A stretch of 64,000 nt of DNA from a virus (lineage: Duplodnaviria; Caudoviricetes): the IMG/VR virus record IMGVR_UViG_3300021430_000575, positions 1 to 64,000 of that record. One strand, 5' to 3'. Shown piece by piece: positions 62,657 to 64,000 of this stretch (positions are counted from its first letter, which is position 1; every line of letters begins with the position of its first letter). Both the position numbers and the translations under genes were made by a program. A model generated the notes under the pieces. That model did no database searches. It saw nothing but the letters and a program-made list of their open reading frames with translations, and had not been told where the DNA came from.

Positions 62657-63530
62657 TTGTAACTCCTTGTAATGTTCCAGCAGCAATTATAGATATTTTA
62701 GAATAGCCAACGATAGAATACCCTGGCGATCCACCTGCAGCACCAGAAAATGCGTAATTATAAACATCTGGAACATTGCTAAATCCAGATAACCCTGCTG
62801 ATCCTGCTTGTGCCCAGGTACCACCGTTTCCGCCATTTCCTCCATATGTTGGAAAACCACTAACATAGCCGCCAGGTCCACCTGCTCCTGCCCCAAGTGT
62901 AGTACCATTGTTTCCGGGTCCTAAAGTATACGGAGCTCCGGCATAATATGCCGGTCCAACAAAATCTTCGTAACCGACTCCACAAGGTCCGCCGGTGCCA
63001 CCAATGTTTCCTTGGCCACCTCCGCCACCGCCACCTCCAGGATAAACAACTGAATTGCCATACGTACCCGGATCACCACCATATTCGTATCCAGCAGCGC
63101 CGCCGCCACCGCCGCCACCGCCACCTGCGCGAATAGTACCAACATTGTTTAATTTAAATACAAATCCGCTTACTGCATTAGCATTTAGTGCGTTACCTCC
63201 TGTAGAACCTTGTGCTGCAGGATACCAAGAATATGGATTGTCTGGTCTGCCACGACCACCAGTTCCGCCTGCACCACCAGCGCCACTAATATAACCGTTG
63301 TTAGTTAGAGTAACTATAGAACCTGCAGGAAATGTACCCACTGTTAGACCATAATTAGAGGTATTAGATGCATAACAATCTATACCTGAATTAATTGTAG
63401 CTTCTACGTGTCCATAGCCTGAATAACCAGCGGCATTTGCCAGAGTTCTAAGATTTGCATTTATTTGGTTGGTTGAAATTGTAAATTTAAATACTTTAGC
63501 AGCCGCTAAGCTTGCTCTAGCAACACCCAT
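62649..63530 (-). CDS. glycine-rich virion protein (start re-called)
   Basis: N.G.I.GAGGAGG..G motifs, poly-Gly runs. Confidence 0.75.
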   Translation of the reverse strand: MGVARASLAAAKVFKFTISTNQINANLRTLANAAGYSGYGHVEATINSGIDCYASNTSNYGLTVGTFPAGSIVTLTNNGYISGAGGAGGTGGRGRPDNPYSWYPAAQGSTGGNALNANAVSGFVFKLNNVGTIRAGGGGGGGGGAAGYEYGGDPGTYGNSVVYPGGGGGGGGQGNIGGTGGPCGVGYEDFVGPAYYAGAPYTLGPGNNGTTLGAGAGGPGGYVSGFPTYGGNGGNGGTWAQAGSAGLSGFSNVPDVYNYAFSGAAGGSPGYSIVGYSKISIIAAGTLQGVTNG

Positions 63531-63535
63531 GACCA

Positions 63536-64000
63536 TTAGAAGTTTAGTCCTCCAACAAACCCAAGCCACGAAGTACCACCGTCATATGTGATAAATGTAA
63601 TCACATCGATCTTACCATTAGTATATGTTAATGTCGGTGCTGTTCCGCCAGGCCATTTTACAGAAGCTGGCCAAGTTATTTTGTATGATGGACCTTGGTT
63701 TAGAATTAATAAAGTAAATGATTGAGGACGAGTTCCGCCTTCTGGATTAGAAATTGTTAAGGTATTAACTGCCGCACTCATAGTTAATACCCAAACTGTA
63801 CCAAGTGTAAGGTCAATGGTTACAGCATTGCTTACAGGTGAAACGTCTGTGCGAGTTTCTACTATACTCGAACCCAAATCAATTGTTTCTGATATAGTTG
63901 CAGGTCCACCAACTACTATATTACCTGTTATTGCTAGATCACCATCTTTTGACAACTGAAATATTGGAGTAGTAGGGGATGATAAATTTGAAATAGCCAA
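63536..64000 (-). CDS. C-terminal part of a tail-fibre protein (5' end outside window)
   Basis: IDL..G....L..N.....SFTL......ITWP..VKWPGG.AP. Confidence 0.7.
   Translation of the reverse strand: MAISNLSSPTTPIFQLSKDGDLAITGNIVVGGPATISETIDLGSSIVETRTDVSPVSNAVTIDLTLGTVWVLTMSAAVNTLTISNPEGGTRPQSFTLLILNQGPSYKITWPASVKWPGGTAPTLTYTNGKIDVITFITYDGGTSWLGFVGGLNF

Noticed and set aside
1-64000. Stop-codon recoding
   Set aside because: Long genes are intact in code 11, TAG and TGA end real genes, and no CTA/TCA/TTA suppressor tRNA was found

Overview
AT-rich window from a jumbo tailed phage with T4-like TAAATA late promoters, a gp44-like clamp loader, GroES and a split DnaE. An alphaproteobacterial-type host is inferred from the accessory genes. 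No CRISPR array, rRNA or integrase was seen. (1) 1-31.1 kb is a very large minus-strand tRNA array: about 42 cloverleaf tRNAs covering all 20 amino acids plus one intron/insert-bearing tRNA. It is interspersed with about 11 homing-type endonuclease genes, accessory genes (GH5 glucanase, peroxiredoxin, tandem HiPIP-like protein, TerC under a yybP-ykoY riboswitch, GT17) and many unexplained structured RNAs. Many tRNAs are non-canonical: long-arm Gly/Gln/Lys/Asp, short-arm Leu, D-armless 8/4 Arg, GGC T-loops. Several CCA-ended RNAs keep the tRNA acceptor/D/T arms but lack a normal anticodon, and one carries a tmRNA-tag-like reading frame. At the head of the array sit a promoter, a 31-codon leader peptide containing 19 of the 20 amino acids, and mutually exclusive antiterminator/terminator hairpins. 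I propose this is a pan-tRNA-starvation attenuator. (2) 31.1-41.4 kb holds a kinase with a class-3 intein, an ExoX-like exonuclease, virion proteins, a DnaE fragment, GroES, a macrodomain, and a clamp loader split by a naturally split intein around a free-standing endonuclease. (3) 41.4-64 kb holds giant modular tail-fibre genes and three LamG lectins. All RNA folds were derived by eye and functions are hypotheses.
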